From NCBI GenBank assembly GCA_032654565.1, contig JAULAX010000017.1, positions 640,001 to 704,000 on the forward strand: a stretch of DNA of 64,000 bases. The letters run 5' to 3'. Shown one piece after another: positions 1-10,874 of this stretch (the stretch's first letter is position 1; each line of letters begins with the position of its first letter). The notes beneath the pieces were generated by a model. The model saw only the letters and a program-made list of their open reading frames with translations, was not told the origin of the DNA and did no database searches. A program made the position numbers and the translations under genes. Source of the stretch: Anaeromyxobacteraceae bacterium (lineage in GTDB: Bacteria > Myxococcota > Myxococcia > Myxococcales > Anaeromyxobacteraceae).

Positions 1-1
1 C

Positions 2-502
2 ATGCACGACATCGGCAAGATCGGCGTCCCCGATCACATCCTGCTCAAGTCCTCCGGCCTGACCCCGGCCGAGTGGGAGATCATGCGGGGGCACTCCGCC
101 ATGGGGGCCCGCATCCTCGGCGACAGCCGCTCGCCCCTGCTGGAGATGGGAGCCGAGATCGCGCTCAACCACCACGAGCGCTGGGACGGCGGCGGCTACC
201 CGGCCGGCCGGCGGGGCGAGGCCATCCCGCTGGCGGCGCGGGTCATGACCATCTGCGACGTCTACGACGCGCTGCGGAGCAAGCGGCCCTACAAGCCGGC
301 CCTGGGGCACGACCGGGCCGTGGAGATCATCGTCCGGGGCGACGGGCGCACCGGGCCGGAGCACTTCGACCCCGCGGTGCTGTCGGCGTTCCAGGCCCAC
401 CATCGGGAGTTCGAGGCGGTCTTCGAGACCCACACCGCGGCTCCGCGCCCGGTCCTCAAGCCGCCGGAGCCGGCGCGCCTCGTCGAGGCAGCCGCACCGT
501 GA
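2..502 (+). CDS. HD-GYP domain phosphodiesterase, 5'-truncated by window edge
   Basis: [18 protein letters not shown] and [13 protein letters not shown] motifs. Confidence 0.9.
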   Translation: MHDIGKIGVPDHILLKSSGLTPAEWEIMRGHSAMGARILGDSRSPLLEMGAEIALNHHERWDGGGYPAGRRGEAIPLAARVMTICDVYDALRSKRPYKPALGHDRAVEIIVRGDGRTGPEHFDPAVLSAFQAHHREFEAVFETHTAAPRPVLKPPEPARLVEAAAP

Positions 503-3500
503 AGGTCGCGCCGCGGTCCCGTCCGGGACTGGCGGCCTCCACCGAGCCGCCGTGCAGGTCCACGAGATCGTGGACCATGGCGAGGCCGAGCCCGAGCCCG
601 GGGTTGGGGCCGGCCTGGACCCCCTCCTGCGCGAACCGGTCGAAGACCCGGGCCAGGAACGGCGAGGCGATGCCCTGGCCGCTGTCGGTCACCGTCACCC
701 CGGCGAACCCATCGGCGGCGTCGACGCGGACGTCGACCTGGCCGCCCACCGGCGTGAACTTGACGGCGTTGGCGATGAGGTTGCTCACCACCTGCTGCAG
801 CCGCCCCGGGTCGCCCAGCAGCTCCGGGGAGCCCTCGCCCAGGTGGGCGGTGAGCCGCAGCCCCTTGGCCTCGGCCTCGGGGCGGGCGGCCTCGACCACC
901 CCGGCCACCAGCCCACGCCAGTCGAGCTTCACCAGCGCCAGCCTGAGCTTGCCGGCCACGATGGCGGAGAGGTCGAGCAGGTCATCGACCAGGCGCACCT
1001 GTCGGCGCGCCTCCGCCTCGATGGCGGCGCCGGCCGCGGCGGCCGCGGGCCCGTCGAGGCCCTCCCGCCGGAGGGCCTGGGCGTGGATGAGCATGGTGGT
1101 GAGCGGGGTGCGCAGCTCGTGCGAGAGGTTGGCGAGGAACTGGTCCTTGGCCCGCTCGGCGAGCTCGGCGACGCGCAGCGCCCGCTCCGCCACCACCAGC
1201 AGCTCGGCGCGGTGGCGCTCGACGGCGCGCCGCTCGGTGACGTCCTCGATGGCCACCAGCAGGATCGCCTCCCCGATCGGTGACGCCACCTGGCAGCCGG
1301 AGACCGAGAGGGTGGCGCGCCCGCCGCCGGCGTGCTCCCGCTCCACCTCCAGCGCCTGGAACCGCTCCCCCCCGTCGGCGCAGGCCACCACGGCGCGGTG
1401 GAGCTCGGGCGTGTCCCACGAGCTTTCGGCCAGCTCGAAGAAGGGGCGCCCCTCGGTCACTGCGGCCTCGCCGTGGAACTGCCGGTAGTAGGCGGCGTTG
1501 GCGGAGAGGACCTTGAGGTGGGCGTCGAGGACGATCTGCGGCACCTGCACCGCCTCGACGATGCTCCTGGCGTAGTCCCGCGCCCACTGGGCCAGGGTCA
1601 GCTCGTTCCGGAGCCGGTCGATGTCCACCAGCGAGAGGATGGCCCCCTCGGGCTGGCCGCCGGGGCCGCGGCGGGGCCTGACCTGGAGCCGGTGCCAGCG
1701 CCCGTCGCGGTCCTGCACCTCGGCCTCCACCAGCACGCCCCCCGCCATGGCCCGGTCGATCCAGGGCTCCAGGTCCGGGGCCTGGACCGGCAGGATCACC
1801 TCGCCGATCTGCCGCCCCACGTCGGCCGCGGTGATCCCCAGGAACTCGGAGGCCCGCACCGTGAACCGGCGGATGCGGTGCTCCTCGTCGAGCATCAGGA
1901 TGGGGATCTCCACGGCCTCGAGCAGGCCGAGGACGTCGGCGCCGACCGCCTTCAGCTCCCGGTTCCGCTCGTGGAGCTCGTCGTTCAGCGTGGCCAGCTC
2001 CTCGTTGGAGGCCTGGACCTCCTCCTTGGCGGTCTCCAGCTCCTCGTTGAGCCCCTGGAGCTCCTCGTTGCTCGACACCAGGTCGTCGTTCCCCGAGGCC
2101 AGCACCTCGTGGCTGCGGGTGTGCTCCTCGAGCAGCGCCGCCACCTGGTCCCGGGTGGCGGCCAGCTCCTCCTCCAGCTCGAGCCGCCCGGCCGGATCGA
2201 GCCGGGCCTGCTTCCCGGCGGCGCGGCCCGGGGTGGTGCGGGGGCGCTCCTCGAAGAGCACGGCGAAGGCCCGCTCCTCGCCGGCCGGCGGCGCCAGCGG
2301 GAGCACCACCAGGTCGCAGGTGCGCGACTGCTCCCCGCGCTCGATGACGATGCGCTTCTTGCGCACCGGAGCGGCGGTCCTGCGGGCCTCCTCGAAGGCG
2401 AGGCGCAGGGGGGAGACCAGCCCGACCCGCGCCAGCTTGAGCAGCTGGTTCTGGGGCGCCCCCTGGGGCTGCTCCAGGTAGGGGCCGGTGCGGCCGCGGA
2501 AGTGGAGCACCTCCATGCGCTCGTTGACGATGACCCCGGCAGGCGCGTACCGGGCCAGCAGCAGCTCGCCGACGTGGCGGGCCAGCTCGCCGTCGGTCCG
2601 CGGGCGAGGCTGTGGGTCGGCGCCGGCCGGCTCGGGGCTGGCCGCCGGGCCAGGTCCGGGGGACGGGCCGGTGCGCGGGGCGAAGCGGAAGGTGCTGGGG
2701 CCGGGCCGGCGGAGGAAGAGCCGTCCGGCCTCGGTCACCGGGGTGAACCAGCGGGGGACGCCGGCGGCGCTCTCGGCGCGCCCGAGGAGCAGGTAGCCGG
2801 ACTGGTTGAGCGAGTAGTGGGCCGCCCCCAGCACCCGCCGCTGCAGGGCCTGGCCGAAGTAGATGAGGACGTTGCGGCAGCTCAGCAGGTCCATCCTGGA
2901 GAAGGGGGGATCGCGCGCCACGTCATGCCGCACGAAGACGCACAGCTCGCGCAGCGCCTGGCTGACACGCCAGCCCTTCTCGGTCCGGACGAAGAACCGC
3001 TTCAGCCGCTCCTCGCCCAGCCCCTCCACCGCCGCCTCGCTGTAGAGACCGGCCCGCGCCTGCACGATGGCCTGCTCGCTCAGGTCGGATCCGAAGACGG
3101 TGACCGGGTGATCGGCGCGGCCGGCGCCGAGGTGCTCGCTGAAGGCCATGGCCAGGGAGTAGACCTCCTCACCGCTGGCGCACCCGATCACCCAGGCGCG
3201 GAGCGGTGCCCCCGCCGGCTTGCCGGCGAGGATGGCGGGGAAGGCCACCGCCTTGAGGTCGTCGAAGCTCACCGGGTCCCGGAAGAACGAGGTGACCTTG
3301 ATGAGCAGGTCCTCGAACAGGGACCGGACCTCGACCGGGTCCCTTCGCAGCACCCCCAGGTAGGTGGGGAGGTCCTGCACCTTGCGCAGCGCCATCCGCC
3401 GCGCCAGCCGGCGCTCCAGCGTGGCCGGCTTGTACTCCCCGAAGTCGACGCCGGTGGCGGACCGCAGGATGGACACCACCTCGGCGAAGGAGGCGGCGCC

Positions 3501-4196
3501 GGCCGGGGTCGGCGGCTTCGGCTCGCTCCGGGCCAGGTAGGGGTGGCGGGCCAGCCGGGCCAGCTCCGCCCCCAGCTCCGCCAGGGGCAGGCAGAAGTCG
3601 ACCACGCCGGCCTCGACCGCGCTCCGCGGCATCTCGGCGCAGCGGGCCGTGGCCGGGTCCTGGGCGAAGGTGATCCCGCCGCTGGCCCGGATGGCGCCCA
3701 GCCCGGCGGAGCCGTCGGCGCCGGTCCCGGAGAGGATCACGCCGATGGCCTGCCGCCCGCGCTCTGCGGCCAGCGACCCGAGGAAGTGATCGATGGGGAG
3801 GTGGGGGCGGCGCTCCTCGGGTCCCATCGCCGCTAGCTGCAGGGTGCCCTGGGAGATGTTCAGCTGGACGCCGGGCGGGATGACGTACACGTGGTTGGGC
3901 TCGACGCGGACGCCGTGCTCGGCCTGGGTCACCGGCATGGCGGTGGCCTTGGCAAGCGCCTCGCCGAGCAGGGAGGTCCGGGCCGCGCCCAGGTGCTGCA
4001 CCAGCACGAAGGCCAGGCCGGCGTCGGCCGGGACCCGGGCCAGGAGCTCCCGGAAGGCCTCCAGGCCGCCGGCCGAGGCCCCCACGCCCACCACCGGGAA
4101 GGCGGCCGGATCCGTCGCCTGGGGCCGGGCGACGCCGCCGCGAGCCGGGCGCCTGGCCCCCCGGGTGGTCTTCGCTGGAGCGGCAGGGGTCGCCAT
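456..4196 (-). CDS. CheB methylesterase / CheR methyltransferase / PAS / histidine kinase fusion protein
   Basis: CheB motifs [17 protein letters not shown]; CheR motifs [10 protein letters not shown] and SCRNVLIYF; coiled coil (SSNEELQ); His[11 protein letters not shown]; HATPase NAVKFT, DSGQGI, GLGLGL. Start placed at ATG 4196 (ORF is open to 4418). Confidence 0.9.
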   Translation of the reverse strand: MATPAAPAKTTRGARRPARGGVARPQATDPAAFPVVGVGASAGGLEAFRELLARVPADAGLAFVLVQHLGAARTSLLGEALAKATAMPVTQAEHGVRVEPNHVYVIPPGVQLNISQGTLQLAAMGPEERRPHLPIDHFLGSLAAERGRQAIGVILSGTGADGSAGLGAIRASGGITFAQDPATARCAEMPRSAVEAGVVDFCLPLAELGAELARLARHPYLARSEPKPPTPAGAASFAEVVSILRSATGVDFGEYKPATLERRLARRMALRKVQDLPTYLGVLRRDPVEVRSLFEDLLIKVTSFFRDPVSFDDLKAVAFPAILAGKPAGAPLRAWVIGCASGEEVYSLAMAFSEHLGAGRADHPVTVFGSDLSEQAIVQARAGLYSEAAVEGLGEERLKRFFVRTEKGWRVSQALRELCVFVRHDVARDPPFSRMDLLSCRNVLIYFGQALQRRVLGAAHYSLNQSGYLLLGRAESAAGVPRWFTPVTEAGRLFLRRPGPSTFRFAPRTGPSPGPGPAASPEPAGADPQPRPRTDGELARHVGELLLARYAPAGVIVNERMEVLHFRGRTGPYLEQPQGAPQNQLLKLARVGLVSPLRLAFEEARRTAAPVRKKRIVIERGEQSRTCDLVVLPLAPPAGEERAFAVLFEERPRTTPGRAAGKQARLDPAGRLELEEELAATRDQVAALLEEHTRSHEVLASGNDDLVSSNEELQGLNEELETAKEEVQASNEELATLNDELHERNRELKAVGADVLGLLEAVEIPILMLDEEHRIRRFTVRASEFLGITAADVGRQIGEVILPVQAPDLEPWIDRAMAGGVLVEAEVQDRDGRWHRLQVRPRRGPGGQPEGAILSLVDIDRLRNELTLAQWARDYARSIVEAVQVPQIVLDAHLKVLSANAAYYRQFHGEAAVTEGRPFFELAESSWDTPELHRAVVACADGGERFQALEVEREHAGGGRATLSVSGCQVASPIGEAILLVAIEDVTERRAVERHRAELLVVAERALRVAELAERAKDQFLANLSHELRTPLTTMLIHAQALRREGLDGPAAAAAGAAIEAEARRQVRLVDDLLDLSAIVAGKLRLALVKLDWRGLVAGVVEAARPEAEAKGLRLTAHLGEGSPELLGDPGRLQQVVSNLIANAVKFTPVGGQVDVRVDAADGFAGVTVTDSGQGIASPFLARVFDRFAQEGVQAGPNPGLGLGLAMVHDLVDLHGGSVEAASPGRDRGATFTVRLPRRGAPAPAA

Positions 4197-4636
4197 GTTC
4201 GGTCTCTCGAGGGTGGGTTCCAGCGTGGACTCCAGCGTGGCTGCAGCCGCCTGACGTGATGTTCGCGAACGTTCACGAACGCTGCCGGAGTACGCGGCCG
4301 GGCCGGGCTCCGGTCGGCCGACCGGCCGGCGGCCGCCGTCAGGGCGCCACCGGGAACGTCCCGGACCGGCCATGTGGTCCACCATGACACCCTTTCGCTG
4401 AAAGTGATTTGCACACACCGTGCCTCTGGCCGGCCCGGGGGTGCCCCTCCGGCCGGCCGCGGGCGCGACCCTTGCAGCGAGAGGAGGCGATGACCCGCCC
4501 CCGGCTCTCGGCGCGCGCTGCGCCGCTCACCACGCTCGATCCCGCGCACCACCTTCGCGGCGGGGCCACGCTCCTGCGTGACGCCCGGGGCGCTGAGGCC
4601 GGTCACCTGCAGCCGTTCCCATCGAGGAGCACCGAC

Positions 4637-4855
4637 ATGAACGCACGCATCGCCGCCATCGTCCTCATCGTCGCCGGCGCCCTGGGGTTGCTCTACGGCG
4701 GCTTCAGCTTCACCAGGGACTCGAGCACCGCGCGGGTGGGCAACCTGGAGCTGACCGTCAAGGAGCAGGAGTCGGTCAACATCCCCAGGTGGCTCGGGAT
4801 CGCGGCGCTGGTCGCCGGCGGCGTCCTGCTGTTCTCCCCGGGGAGGAAGCGCTGA
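4637..4855 (+). CDS. Small two-TM membrane protein (DUF3185-like)
   Basis: GAGGAG SD before ATG; 72 aa with two hydrophobic segments; TGATG overlap with next gene. Confidence 0.7.
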   Translation: MNARIAAIVLIVAGALGLLYGGFSFTRDSSTARVGNLELTVKEQESVNIPRWLGIAALVAGGVLLFSPGRKR

Positions 4856-5283
4856 TGGAGGGCTGGACCCTGGTCGCCGCGGTCCTGGCCGCCGTGCTGG
4901 TGGGCGCCCTGGTGCCGGCGCTGGTCCAGCTGCGCGCCACGCTCCGGGCCATGGAGACCACCCTGCTGCGCTCCGGGGGACGGCTCGACGAGGCGCTCGC
5001 CGTCACCACCGCCGCGGCCGGACGCATCGACGCCCTGGCCCGCAGGCTGGGCGAGGGCGACCAGGTGGAGCGGCTGGTCCGGGACGTCTCGGCCCTGGGC
5101 CGGGTGGCCAGCCAGGTCGGCGACGTGGTCCGCGTCGCCGCCGCCGTGGGGGCCGCCGTCGGCCCGGCCGTCAGCGCCGGGATCCGCGCCCTCCGCGAGG
5201 ATCCGCCGCCGGCGCCGCAGCCCTTCGCACACGCCGACTTCAAGCACGTCCACCCGCAGCACGGGAAGCAGGCCACGCCATGA
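4855..5283 (+). CDS. DUF948-like membrane-anchored coiled-coil protein
   Basis: N-terminal TM (VAAVLAAVLVGALVPALVQLR) then helical region; translationally coupled to neighbours. Confidence 0.7.
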   Translation: MEGWTLVAAVLAAVLVGALVPALVQLRATLRAMETTLLRSGGRLDEALAVTTAAAGRIDALARRLGEGDQVERLVRDVSALGRVASQVGDVVRVAAAVGAAVGPAVSAGIRALREDPPPAPQPFAHADFKHVHPQHGKQATP

Positions 5284-5525
5284 GCGCAGGGGAACAGCAC
5301 GGGGCCGGTGGCTTCTCGCTCCTCCTCGCCTTCGTGGGAGGCGCCCTGGTCGGCGGCGTCGCCGCCGTCCTGCTGGCGCCGCGCTCTGGCGTCGAGACGC
5401 GGCGACGGCTGGTCGGGGCGGTGGACCACGGCAAGGACTTCGCGGAGCGGGTGCCCCGGGCCATCCGGGAAGCATCGACCGCGGCACAGGACGCGTTCTC
5501 GGCGGCGCTGAAAGGCTCCGCCTGA
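5280..5525 (+). CDS. YtxH-like protein
   Basis: FVGGALVGGVAAVLLAPRSGVETRRRL pattern; ATGA overlap. Confidence 0.8.
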   Translation: MSAGEQHGAGGFSLLLAFVGGALVGGVAAVLLAPRSGVETRRRLVGAVDHGKDFAERVPRAIREASTAAQDAFSAALKGSA

Positions 5526-5532
5526 GGACAGT

Positions 5533-5604
5533 CTCCGCGACCGGGGGGTCGCGGAGGTATCGAGCAAGGGCCGCGAACCGGGGGGTTCCGCGGCCTTTGT
5601 CTTT
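5533..5604 (+). terminator. Two tandem GC hairpins, the second with a T-rich tail (probable intrinsic terminator)
   Basis: CTCCGCGACC-GGGG-GGTCGCGGAG (5533-5556) and GGCCGCGAACC-GGGG-GGTTCCGCGGCC-TTTGTCTTT (5569-5604) between convergent genes. Confidence 0.65.
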
Positions 5605-5641
5605 GTGGGCGCCGCTCCCGGGTGGGGAGCCGCCCGGGCGC

Positions 5642-6457
5642 TCACAGCTCCCAGAGCGAGGCGCCGCGGCGCAGGTAGCCGCGCTCCACCGCCAGGCCGT
5701 CGAGCGCCAGCGTCGGCCAGTCGGCCAGGAAGACCGACTCCTCGCCCTCGCCGGTGTAGACCTTGAGGTAGCCCTTGCAGGCCTCGCAGACGTCGAGCCG
5801 CAAGCCGGCGGCCCCCTTCGACTCCAGCCGGGCCCGGCGTCCGGCGTCGCGGTTCCCGCAGTGCGGGCACCCCGGCGGCGCGTCCCGCCAGCGCGAGGTG
5901 CAGCAGCCGCAGACCAGGGTCCGCTCGCCGCCCCGCTGGTGCGCCATCATGGGGAGCGCCCCGCAGAGCGGGCAGCTCGAGCGCCCCCACCGCAGCCGGT
6001 TCCGCCAGGCGGTGAACGGCTCCAGGACCGGCGCCAGCACCCGCGCCATGGTCTTCCAGGCCAGCAGCTGCAGCAGCGCGGCCTGCACCGGCGCCGAGGC
6101 CGGCGAGGCCCCGTCGAGGAGCCAGCGGATGGCGGTGGCCCGGGCCTCGGCCCGGGCCAGCACGGCCTGGACCTCCTTCATCCCCTCGGCCAGCGGCGGG
6201 GGGAGCTTGGCCTCCACGGCCCGGTCGCAGGCCGGACCCAGCAGGTCGGCCGCCGCCGCGCGCAGCGCCGCGCCGTGGCTCTCGCCCAGCAGCAGCGCCA
6301 CGCCGCTCTCGTGCTCCTTCTGGTGGTCGGCCCAGGGCGCCAGCACCAGCGCCGGCGCCGGCACCGCCTCGGCGGCGCCGCGGACCAGCCCCTCGAAGCG
6401 CGCCAGCGGCACCAGGAAGGGGTTCTGCTTCAGCCAGCGCTGGAGCGCGAGATCCAT
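5642..6457 (-). CDS. fdhE: Formate dehydrogenase accessory protein FdhE
   Basis: Four Cys pairs (CPLC, CGCC, CPHC, CEAC) and C-terminal GYLK...LALDGLAVERGY. Confidence 0.8.
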   Translation of the reverse strand: MDLALQRWLKQNPFLVPLARFEGLVRGAAEAVPAPALVLAPWADHQKEHESGVALLLGESHGAALRAAAADLLGPACDRAVEAKLPPPLAEGMKEVQAVLARAEARATAIRWLLDGASPASAPVQAALLQLLAWKTMARVLAPVLEPFTAWRNRLRWGRSSCPLCGALPMMAHQRGGERTLVCGCCTSRWRDAPPGCPHCGNRDAGRRARLESKGAAGLRLDVCEACKGYLKVYTGEGEESVFLADWPTLALDGLAVERGYLRRGASLWEL

Positions 6458-6532
6458 GCGGTTCGAGGTCTCCCTGCGGCGAGGGTCTGGATGTAGGACG
6501 TCGGGGGCGCCTGCGCGCTACAATCGCACGTC

Positions 6533-7678
6533 ATGGCCCCCCCGTGCAGCCCTTCCTCGCCCCGGCTCGCCCTGCCCCTGGTCCTGCTCCTCCTCGGCGC
6601 CGCCTGCGCCCGGCCGGCGGCGGCGGCCCCCGGCGCCGCGCCCCCCACCCCCGCCCCGCGGCTCCGCCCCACCCCGCTGGTCTCGCTGGGCGCCTGGACC
6701 ACCGGTTCCATGCCGGACACCGTCCGGCTGGTGGACGGCCGCTTCCGCGGCACCTCCTGGGGCGGCGGCAAGCCCACCGAGGCCCGGCCGGCCTGGGCCG
6801 CCATCCGGCTGCAGCGCAGCTACCGGCGGCTGCTCCTCACCTGGACCTCCTCGCACAACCACGACTACTTCGAGCAGTTCTACGGGGCCCCGCGCACCTA
6901 CCGGATCGAGACCAGCGCCGACTCCACCGACGGCGAGGACGGCCGCTGGACGGTGGCCGCCGAGGTCCGGGACAACCCGGCCCGCAGCCGGGCCCACGCC
7001 GTCCCCTTCGAGGGGCAGCGCTGGATCCGCATGGTGGTGACCGGCCTGCCGGAGAAGCTCAACGAGTGGGGGCTGTTCCTCGACGAGATCGAGCTGCACG
7101 ACCTCTCCGACGGCGGCAACGACACCTGGGTCTTCCTCGGCGACTCCATCACCGCCGGGGTCTTCGACCGGGCCGACGAGCGGCGCCCCTCCTTCGCCGA
7201 CAGCGTGGCGGTGCTCCACCCCGGCTACACCCCGGCCATGATCAACGCCGGCCTGCCCCGGCTGCGCAGCTGGGAGGCCATCGACCGGGTCGACGAGGTG
7301 CTGGCGCTCAACCCCGAGGCCACCGTGGTGGCCATCACCCTCGGCTCCAACGACGGCGACCTGGAGAAGCTGAAGGTGGCCCTGGGCGGGATCATCGACA
7401 AGGTCCAGGCGGCCGGGAAGATCCCGCTGCTGTCCCGCATCCCGTACCAGACCAAGTACGATCAGGACTACGTGGCGGTGAAGAACCAGGTGGTCGACCA
7501 GCTGGTCCGCGAGCGCGGGCTGCTCCCCGGCCCCGACCTCTACGGCTGGTTCAAGGCCCGCCCCGGCCGGCTCCACGACGGCCTCCACCCCGACGGCCCC
7601 GGGTCGGTGGACATGAGCCGCGAGTTCGCGCGCTCGGCGGCGCCGCTCTACCCGCCCTCCCCGTCCCGCGCCCCGTAG
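6533..7678 (+). CDS. Exported SGNH/GDSL hydrolase with N-terminal discoidin-like beta domain
   Basis: Signal/lipoprotein peptide (LLGAAC); SGNH blocks FLGDSIT, NAG, LGSND, DGLHP. Confidence 0.75.
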   Translation: MAPPCSPSSPRLALPLVLLLLGAACARPAAAAPGAAPPTPAPRLRPTPLVSLGAWTTGSMPDTVRLVDGRFRGTSWGGGKPTEARPAWAAIRLQRSYRRLLLTWTSSHNHDYFEQFYGAPRTYRIETSADSTDGEDGRWTVAAEVRDNPARSRAHAVPFEGQRWIRMVVTGLPEKLNEWGLFLDEIELHDLSDGGNDTWVFLGDSITAGVFDRADERRPSFADSVAVLHPGYTPAMINAGLPRLRSWEAIDRVDEVLALNPEATVVAITLGSNDGDLEKLKVALGGIIDKVQAAGKIPLLSRIPYQTKYDQDYVAVKNQVVDQLVRERGLLPGPDLYGWFKARPGRLHDGLHPDGPGSVDMSREFARSAAPLYPPSPSRAP

Positions 7679-7715
7679 CAGGCCACCGGCGCAGGGCGTG
7701 GCGGCGGCCCGGCCG

Positions 7716-9902
7716 CTACGACCCGCCGCCCGTCGTGATGGTCCAGCCGCCCGGCTGCTGGAAGGGCCAGAGGTGCTGGGCGCGGGCCACCGCCAGGGCC
7801 AATAGCGCCGCCGCCAGCAGCAGGTACAGGAGGCGCCGTCGCTGCCTGGACCGGTGATCCTCGAAGGGATCCTCCAGCGAGCGCCGCGCCCCCGGCGGCA
7901 GCCGGGCCACGTCGGTGAGCGCCGTGCCGAGCGGGAGGTTGACCCGGATGCGGCCGTTGATGGCCCACCCGGTGGCGTCGAGCAGCGGCCCCAGCGTCCG
8001 CTGGCGCAGCTTGAGCCAGGCGATCAGCATCGAGGAGCCGGAGATGATCCCCACCACCCCGCCCACCGCCACCAGCTTGGCCCACCAGGGCTGCAGCCCC
8101 ATGAAGCCGGCCACGAAGCCGCCCAGCATGGTGGCCACGGCGCCGACGCCGACGCCGAGGGCGGCGATGATGCCGACCATCCTCCCCACGTCCACGGGGG
8201 GCGGCGCCACCGGGGGCGCCCCGATCACCGGGGCGGCCGCGGCGGTGGCCGCCAGCCTGGCGTCCGACTCCTTCTCCTTGGCGGCGGCGAACCGGGCCAC
8301 CTGCTGCTCGACCATGCGGATGAACTTCTTGTAGGGGGAGGCGAAGGCCTGCCCCAGCGAGATGGGGTTCTCCACCAGCCGGAGCACGGTGGCGTCCCAG
8401 TCGCGCCCCCGCCGGTCGTAGAAGATGCCGTGGCGCCCCACCGCCAGGAAGTCGGAGTCGCCGCGGGTGAAGCAGGCGGCGATCTTCATGGTCTCGCCGC
8501 CGGTCCGCCGCAGCTCGCAGTAGGCGATGAACAGCTGGGAGCCCATGGCCAGCGGGGCGTGGGCGGCCGGGTCGGCCACCCGGATGCAGAGGTCGCAGGA
8601 GCGGCCGTCGAGGTAGAGGGTGCCGGCCTGGAAGATGGCCGCCCGCCCCGGGGCGTAGAAGTCGGCGAAGTTGACGAAGTTGCGCAGCAGCAGCGCCAGG
8701 TCCCGGTGGCAGTGGACCAGCCGGGCCACGTCGGCCACCGCGGTGGTGACCGCCTGCAGCGTCTCGTCCTCGGCGATGAGCCGCGCGATGGCGGCGCCGG
8801 CCTCGCTGGCCAGCAGCTCGCGCACCCGGGCCGGCCCGAGCTGCACCACCCGCCCGGCCGGCTGCCGGGCCATCCAGGCCTGGCAGGGGGCCAGCCGGGC
8901 CTGCAGCTCCACCCAGTCCGCCTCGGTGAGCGAGGCCCGGGCGCCTCCGAAGACCGCCGTCACCGCGGTGTCGCGCAGCCGGCGCAGCGGCTCCACCCAG
9001 GCCGGGTTGACCCCGCCCCCCAGCGGCAGCGCCCGCCCGGCCTCGGCCCGGGCCACCGGAAAGGCCGCCAGCTCGGCGCTGCCGACGCCCAGCGGCCGGG
9101 CCGCCAGCGCCCGGTACTCCTCCTCGGTCCGGTTGAGCAGCGAGACCCCGCGCGGGTCCATGGCCGCCAGCCGGCAGCGGGCGAAGTAGTCGTCCAGCTT
9201 CTCACGCACCGCGCCGACCGCGTCCCAGGCGGCGCCGGTGGCGTCGCCGAAGACCAGCGCGCCGGAGGCCGCCCCCTCCTCCTGCCAGGCCTGGAAGGCG
9301 GCCAGCTCGGCGAGGAAGGCGGCCAGCCGCGGCCGGTCGAGGCCGGGCCGGCCGTTGCGCCCGGTCACCGGGTCGACGCACCGCAGGGCGTCGACGATGG
9401 CCTGCCGGGTGGCGTCGTCTTCGCCGGCCTGCTCCGGGGGGACCACGCCGTCGCCGTCGAGCACCGCCCCGTCGAAGACGTGGGAGAGGTCCTTGACGTC
9501 GTCGGGCGTCAGGCTGGTGGCGGTCGGCTTGCCCAGGCTGGCGAGCACCCAGCCGGCGGCGGCCTGGAGCGCCTTCCCCTCCGGCGTCCGCGCCGTGATC
9601 GCCGAGAGCGGCAGGGCCGCCTCGCCCGCCAGCAGCGACCCGAGATCCTCGAGCCGCGCCTCGCAGAAGGCCAGCGCCTCCAGCAGCTCGGGGGCCCGCA
9701 CCCGGCCGTCGTGGTCCAGGTCGAGCAGCTCCAGCGTCCGCTGGTCCAGCTCCAGCCCGGTCACCGGGCAGGAGAGCGCCACCCAGAGCTTCTGGTCGAG
9801 CCGGTGAAGGTTCTGCAGGTCGGCGGCGGTCTCCAGCGATACCTGGTCGAGGCCGCCGACCCGGTGGAACTGCCAGCGGTGCGGCGCGGTGGTTTCGGGC
9901 AT
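7716..9902 (-). CDS. Large hypothetical protein with DxDxDG motif and C-terminal TM helices
   Basis: 728-aa ORF with strong GC3 bias; DLDHDGRV motif; 2-3 hydrophobic segments near C-terminus; GGAGG upstream of ATG 9902. Confidence 0.7.
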   Translation of the reverse strand: MPETTAPHRWQFHRVGGLDQVSLETAADLQNLHRLDQKLWVALSCPVTGLELDQRTLELLDLDHDGRVRAPELLEALAFCEARLEDLGSLLAGEAALPLSAITARTPEGKALQAAAGWVLASLGKPTATSLTPDDVKDLSHVFDGAVLDGDGVVPPEQAGEDDATRQAIVDALRCVDPVTGRNGRPGLDRPRLAAFLAELAAFQAWQEEGAASGALVFGDATGAAWDAVGAVREKLDDYFARCRLAAMDPRGVSLLNRTEEEYRALAARPLGVGSAELAAFPVARAEAGRALPLGGGVNPAWVEPLRRLRDTAVTAVFGGARASLTEADWVELQARLAPCQAWMARQPAGRVVQLGPARVRELLASEAGAAIARLIAEDETLQAVTTAVADVARLVHCHRDLALLLRNFVNFADFYAPGRAAIFQAGTLYLDGRSCDLCIRVADPAAHAPLAMGSQLFIAYCELRRTGGETMKIAACFTRGDSDFLAVGRHGIFYDRRGRDWDATVLRLVENPISLGQAFASPYKKFIRMVEQQVARFAAAKEKESDARLAATAAAAPVIGAPPVAPPPVDVGRMVGIIAALGVGVGAVATMLGGFVAGFMGLQPWWAKLVAVGGVVGIISGSSMLIAWLKLRQRTLGPLLDATGWAINGRIRVNLPLGTALTDVARLPPGARRSLEDPFEDHRSRQRRRLLYLLLAAALLALAVARAQHLWPFQQPGGWTITTGGGS

Positions 9903-10036
9903 GGCCAGATCGTGTCCTCCCGGCGCGCCCTGTCCAGCACTTCCTGCGTTCCCGGGCGGGCCAGGTCTCGGAAAGGGCCCCTCCGGCGGGCCCTTTCCTT
10001 GCACGCGCCGACCGCGAATGAGAGGGTGCGGCCCAT

Positions 10037-10804
10037 ATGAAGCGCGAAAGCCACGATCAACGCATCGCCTTGTTCATCGACTTCGAGAACCTGGTCACCC
10101 GCACCGGCCACTCGGCCGACAACTTCGACCTCCAGCCGGCGCTCGACACGCTGCTGGAGAAGGGCAAGGTGGTCTACCGCCGGGCCTACGCCGACTGGAC
10201 CCGCTTCACCGCCGCCACCCAGCGGCTCCACGACAAGGGGGTCGAGCTGATCGACGTGCCCCCCTCCACCCGGGCCGGCAAGAACGGCGCCGACGTGCGG
10301 CTGGTGATCGACGCCCTCGAGCTCTGCTACCTGCGCGAGCACATCGACACCTTCGTGCTGGCCTCCGGCGACTCCGACTTCTGCCCGCTGGCCTACAAGC
10401 TGCGCGAGAACGACCGGACCGTGATCGGCATGGCGGTGAAGGAGGCCACCAGCCCGCTCTTCGTCAAGGCCTGCGACGAGTTCATCTACCTGCGGGCCCC
10501 GACCCGGCGGCGCGAGGCCTCCGACCCGGCGCCGCGCGAGAAGGCCCCATCCCCCAAGGAGAAGGTCATCCCGGAGATCGCCAAGGAGGCGACCGCCGCG
10601 CTGCTCTCCAAGGCCACCGCCCCCATCAACCCCTCGGCCATCAAGGCCGCCATCGTCCGCCGCGAGCCCGACTTCGACGAGCGCGACCACGGCTTCTCCT
10701 CCTTCTCCCGCCTGCTCGAGGCCATGGAGACGGCCGGCCTGCTGCGGCGCGAGCAGGGGGCCAAGGGGCAGTGGTACGTGCTGGCCCCGGCCGAAGCGTC
10801 GTAA
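10037..10804 (+). CDS. NYN-domain (LabA/DUF88, PIN-like) protein with C-terminal OST-HTH/LOTUS domain
   Basis: FIDFEN, KNGADVRLVIDA, LASGDSDF; C-terminal PDFDERDHGFSSFSRLLE. Confidence 0.85.
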   Translation: MKRESHDQRIALFIDFENLVTRTGHSADNFDLQPALDTLLEKGKVVYRRAYADWTRFTAATQRLHDKGVELIDVPPSTRAGKNGADVRLVIDALELCYLREHIDTFVLASGDSDFCPLAYKLRENDRTVIGMAVKEATSPLFVKACDEFIYLRAPTRRREASDPAPREKAPSPKEKVIPEIAKEATAALLSKATAPINPSAIKAAIVRREPDFDERDHGFSSFSRLLEAMETAGLLRREQGAKGQWYVLAPAEAS

Positions 10805-10874
10805 CGCCGCGGGACCACGCCCCGTGACGGGGCGGTGACGGGGCCCCGGCACCATGCCGCGCCAGGAGCCCCCG

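Noticed and set aside
456..502. 47-bp convergent overlap of the HD-GYP and kinase genes
   Set aside because: Short 3' overlaps with low-complexity tails are common in high-GC genomes
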